A DNA stretch of 55,043 bases from Nitrospiria bacterium (GTDB lineage Bacteria > Nitrospirota > Nitrospiria > JACQBW01), in contig JBGPKT010000002.1 in NCBI GenBank assembly GCA_041486115.1, positions 1 to 55,043 on the forward strand. The letters are read 5' to 3'. The position numbers were made by a program, and so were the translations under genes. The first letter of the stretch is position 1; every line of letters begins with the position of its first letter. Below, piece by piece: positions 53,183-55,043 of this stretch. The notes beneath the pieces are model-generated. The model was not told where the DNA came from, searched no databases, and saw nothing but the letters and a program-made list of their open reading frames with translations.

Positions 53183-54508
53183 TTGACTGCTGATAATACC
53201 AAACGCGTTCTTCTGGAAGACGATGTACCTTTCTATTCGGCCAGAGATAAAAAAAGCCTCTCCTTGAAGGATTACCGCGGCCGCGGCGGATATGAAGCGT
53301 GGGTAAAAGCGCTCACCCGGATGAAACCCGATACTGTTCTCTCCGAAGTTAAAAACTCCGGACTGAGAGGACGGGGCGGAGCAGGGTATCCCACCTGGAA
53401 AAAATGGGAAATCGTCGCAGGCAAAGAGGTCCCGCAGAAGGTCCTCTGTTGCAACGGCGCCGAAGAAGAACCGGGAACATTTAAAGACCAGATTCTGCTC
53501 AGGGTAAACCCGCATCAATTCCTGGAGGGAGCTCTGATTGCCGCCTATGCGGTAGGCGCCGCGCAGGTGATTCTTTACATTAACCAAAAATTTACCAACG
53601 AAATCAAAGGCCTCAAAGAGGCGATGAAGGAAATTAAAGCCCTCGGTTTCTGGGGAGAAAATATTCTCGGTACCCGGGTAACCATCGACATGACCCTGTT
53701 TGAAAGTCCTGTCGCGTATGTGGCCGGTGAAGAAACGGCCATGCTGGAAGTGCTGGAGGGAAGAAGGCCGGCTCCTCGTCAGAAGCCGCCCTTTTATCCG
53801 GTGCATAACGGACTCTACGGGAAACCGACGCTGGTAAACAATGTCGAGACTCTCAGCAATATTTCCCATATCATCCGGAACGGTTCGGCATGGTATAGAC
53901 AGGCCGGCACCCCTGAGAGTACCGGGACGGCGTTATTCACATTGACCGGTGATATCAACCAGCCGGGAGTCTACGAACTCCCGATGGGGACCCCCCTGCG
54001 CCGGTTAATCGAAGTCCATGGCAAGGGGATTAAAGGGGGGCGGAAGTTAAAGGCGGTGTTTCCCGGCGGACCCTCCTGCGGGGCGATTGCCGAAAAAGAT
54101 ATCGACGTGAGGCTCGATTACGAATCGCTTAAAAATCGGGGGACGGCGTTCGGCACCGGGGCGGTGATTGTTTTTGACGAAACGGCTTGCCTGGTCAATG
54201 CCGGGTTGCACATCGCCGAATTTTTTGCCGATGAATCGTGCGGACAGTGCCCTCCCTGCAAGATGGGGGGGCGGCATCTGGCGGATCTCCACCGTAAAAT
54301 CGAGTCCGGCAAAGGAGAAGTCGAGGACATCCAGTCGATAGAGCAGATCTGCGGCGTAGTCAAGGGGCGGGGTTATTGCAGTCTGATTACAGGAGCCTCT
54401 GTGACCATCGAAAGCATGGTCAGGAATTTCAGAGCGGAATATGAAGAGCATATTAAATCGGGAGAATGCCGGTTAAAAGAGGCAAAAATATTAATGCACC
54501 TGCCTTGA
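53183..54508 (+). CDS. NuoF-like NAD(H)-binding FMN/[4Fe-4S] flavoprotein (complex I 51-kDa subunit family), orphan
   Basis: GLRGRGGAGYPTWKKW, CNGAEEEPGTFKD, VAGEETAML, an SLBB region, and the N3 cluster motif ESCGQCPPCKMG plus a distal Cys (GRGYCSL). There is no nuoE or other nuo gene adjacent. TTG start. Confidence 0.85.
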   Translation: MTADNTKRVLLEDDVPFYSARDKKSLSLKDYRGRGGYEAWVKALTRMKPDTVLSEVKNSGLRGRGGAGYPTWKKWEIVAGKEVPQKVLCCNGAEEEPGTFKDQILLRVNPHQFLEGALIAAYAVGAAQVILYINQKFTNEIKGLKEAMKEIKALGFWGENILGTRVTIDMTLFESPVAYVAGEETAMLEVLEGRRPAPRQKPPFYPVHNGLYGKPTLVNNVETLSNISHIIRNGSAWYRQAGTPESTGTALFTLTGDINQPGVYELPMGTPLRRLIEVHGKGIKGGRKLKAVFPGGPSCGAIAEKDIDVRLDYESLKNRGTAFGTGAVIVFDETACLVNAGLHIAEFFADESCGQCPPCKMGGRHLADLHRKIESGKGEVEDIQSIEQICGVVKGRGYCSLITGASVTIESMVRNFRAEYEEHIKSGECRLKEAKILMHLP

Positions 54509-54578
54509 TTTAGAGGCGCCAGAGTGTTATATTAAAAATAGCGGATTAAGTTGAATTTTATTCAAAGTGGAGGAACAA

Positions 54579-54902
54579 ATGATCGCATTGACTGAAAAAG
54601 CCGGGGAAAAAGTAAAAGAATTGCTCGAAGCAGAACAAAAAACAGGTTACGGTTTGAGAGTCCAGGTTTCCGGCGGCGGCTGCAGCGGTTTCCAATACGG
54701 AATGACATTTGAAGAAAAGGCCAACGATGGAGATCAGGTCATCGAAAGCTATGGAATTAAGCTTTTTGTCGATTCCCAGTCGGTTCCACTTTTAGACGGA
54801 GTCAAAGTCGACTATGTCGAAAGTGTTCAAGGAGCCGGATTTGCCATTCAGAATCCAAACGCCAAATCTTCTTGCGGCTGCGGAAAGTCTTTCGGCGCTT
54901 AA
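54579..54902 (+). CDS. A-type iron-sulfur cluster carrier (IscA/ErpA/HesB family)
   Basis: MIALTEKAGEKVKELL...GLRVQVSGGGCSGFQYGMTF...NPNAKSSCGCGKSFG (C-x..-C-G-C signature). ATG 54579 follows a GGAGG SD. Confidence 0.9.
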   Translation: MIALTEKAGEKVKELLEAEQKTGYGLRVQVSGGGCSGFQYGMTFEEKANDGDQVIESYGIKLFVDSQSVPLLDGVKVDYVESVQGAGFAIQNPNAKSSCGCGKSFGA

Positions 54903-55043
54903 TCTGAACGATCGGTTATTGAAACAATCTACCTCATTATCATAATCGGCATAGAAAAATAGATGGCCAGTTTAAGAAATCGTTTAAATCTTTTCGATGA
55001 AATCGACGGTTTTGACTCTCACCCCGATTCAGGGGTGAGAGAA

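Noticed and set aside
54963-55043. Possible start of another gene (MASLRNRLNLFDEIDGFDSHPDSGVRE...) running off the window end.
   Set aside because: Only 27 codons are visible, there is no clear SD and no recognisable motif. That is not enough to call.

Overview
Gene-dense chromosomal segment (about 60 CDS) of a diderm bacterium with moderate GC. By reading I found no rRNA, tRNA, CRISPR array, transposase, integrase or phage genes. Housekeeping content: pntAA-pntAB-pntB, rplI, one long plus-strand run xseB-ispA-dxs-tlyA-epimerase, hemL, radA, tsaB-rimI, tatA/B-tatC, a cyclophilin, mdh, a PhoU-like/PiT pair, an M16 peptidase pair and two patatin-like lipases. Several poorly characterised envelope modules are interleaved with these. 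(1) A minus-strand six-gene operon (Cache/PAS histidine kinase, sigma54 response regulator, secreted coiled-coil protein, TPR protein, OM beta-barrel, C26 amidotransferase) sits behind a near-consensus -24/-12 promoter. (2) A roughly 980-aa fusion of an HExxH peptidase, a TolB-like beta-propeller and an Omp85-type barrel. (3) A lipidated secretin with an N-terminal TPR region and a C-terminal cohesin-like domain, followed by an orphan GspG-like pseudopilin that lacks a canonical start codon. (4) A DUF3015 x2 / DUF4105-barrel / lipoprotein hydrolase cluster. (5) A PAS-sigma54 activator next to a second strong -24/-12 promoter that drives a zinc-ribbon peptide, an orphan NuoF-like flavoprotein and an A-type Fe-S carrier. 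Other points: a membrane-anchored Rieske-fold protein that has lost three of four cluster ligands, and a GroES-like protein with a charged insertion that is translationally coupled to a MarC membrane protein. There are also two small repeat families (a MITE-like hairpin element and a REP-like palindrome), each of which touches the 3' end of a coding region. I cannot tell which module, if any, is truly undescribed. All family assignments are motif recognition by eye and need HMM or structure searches.
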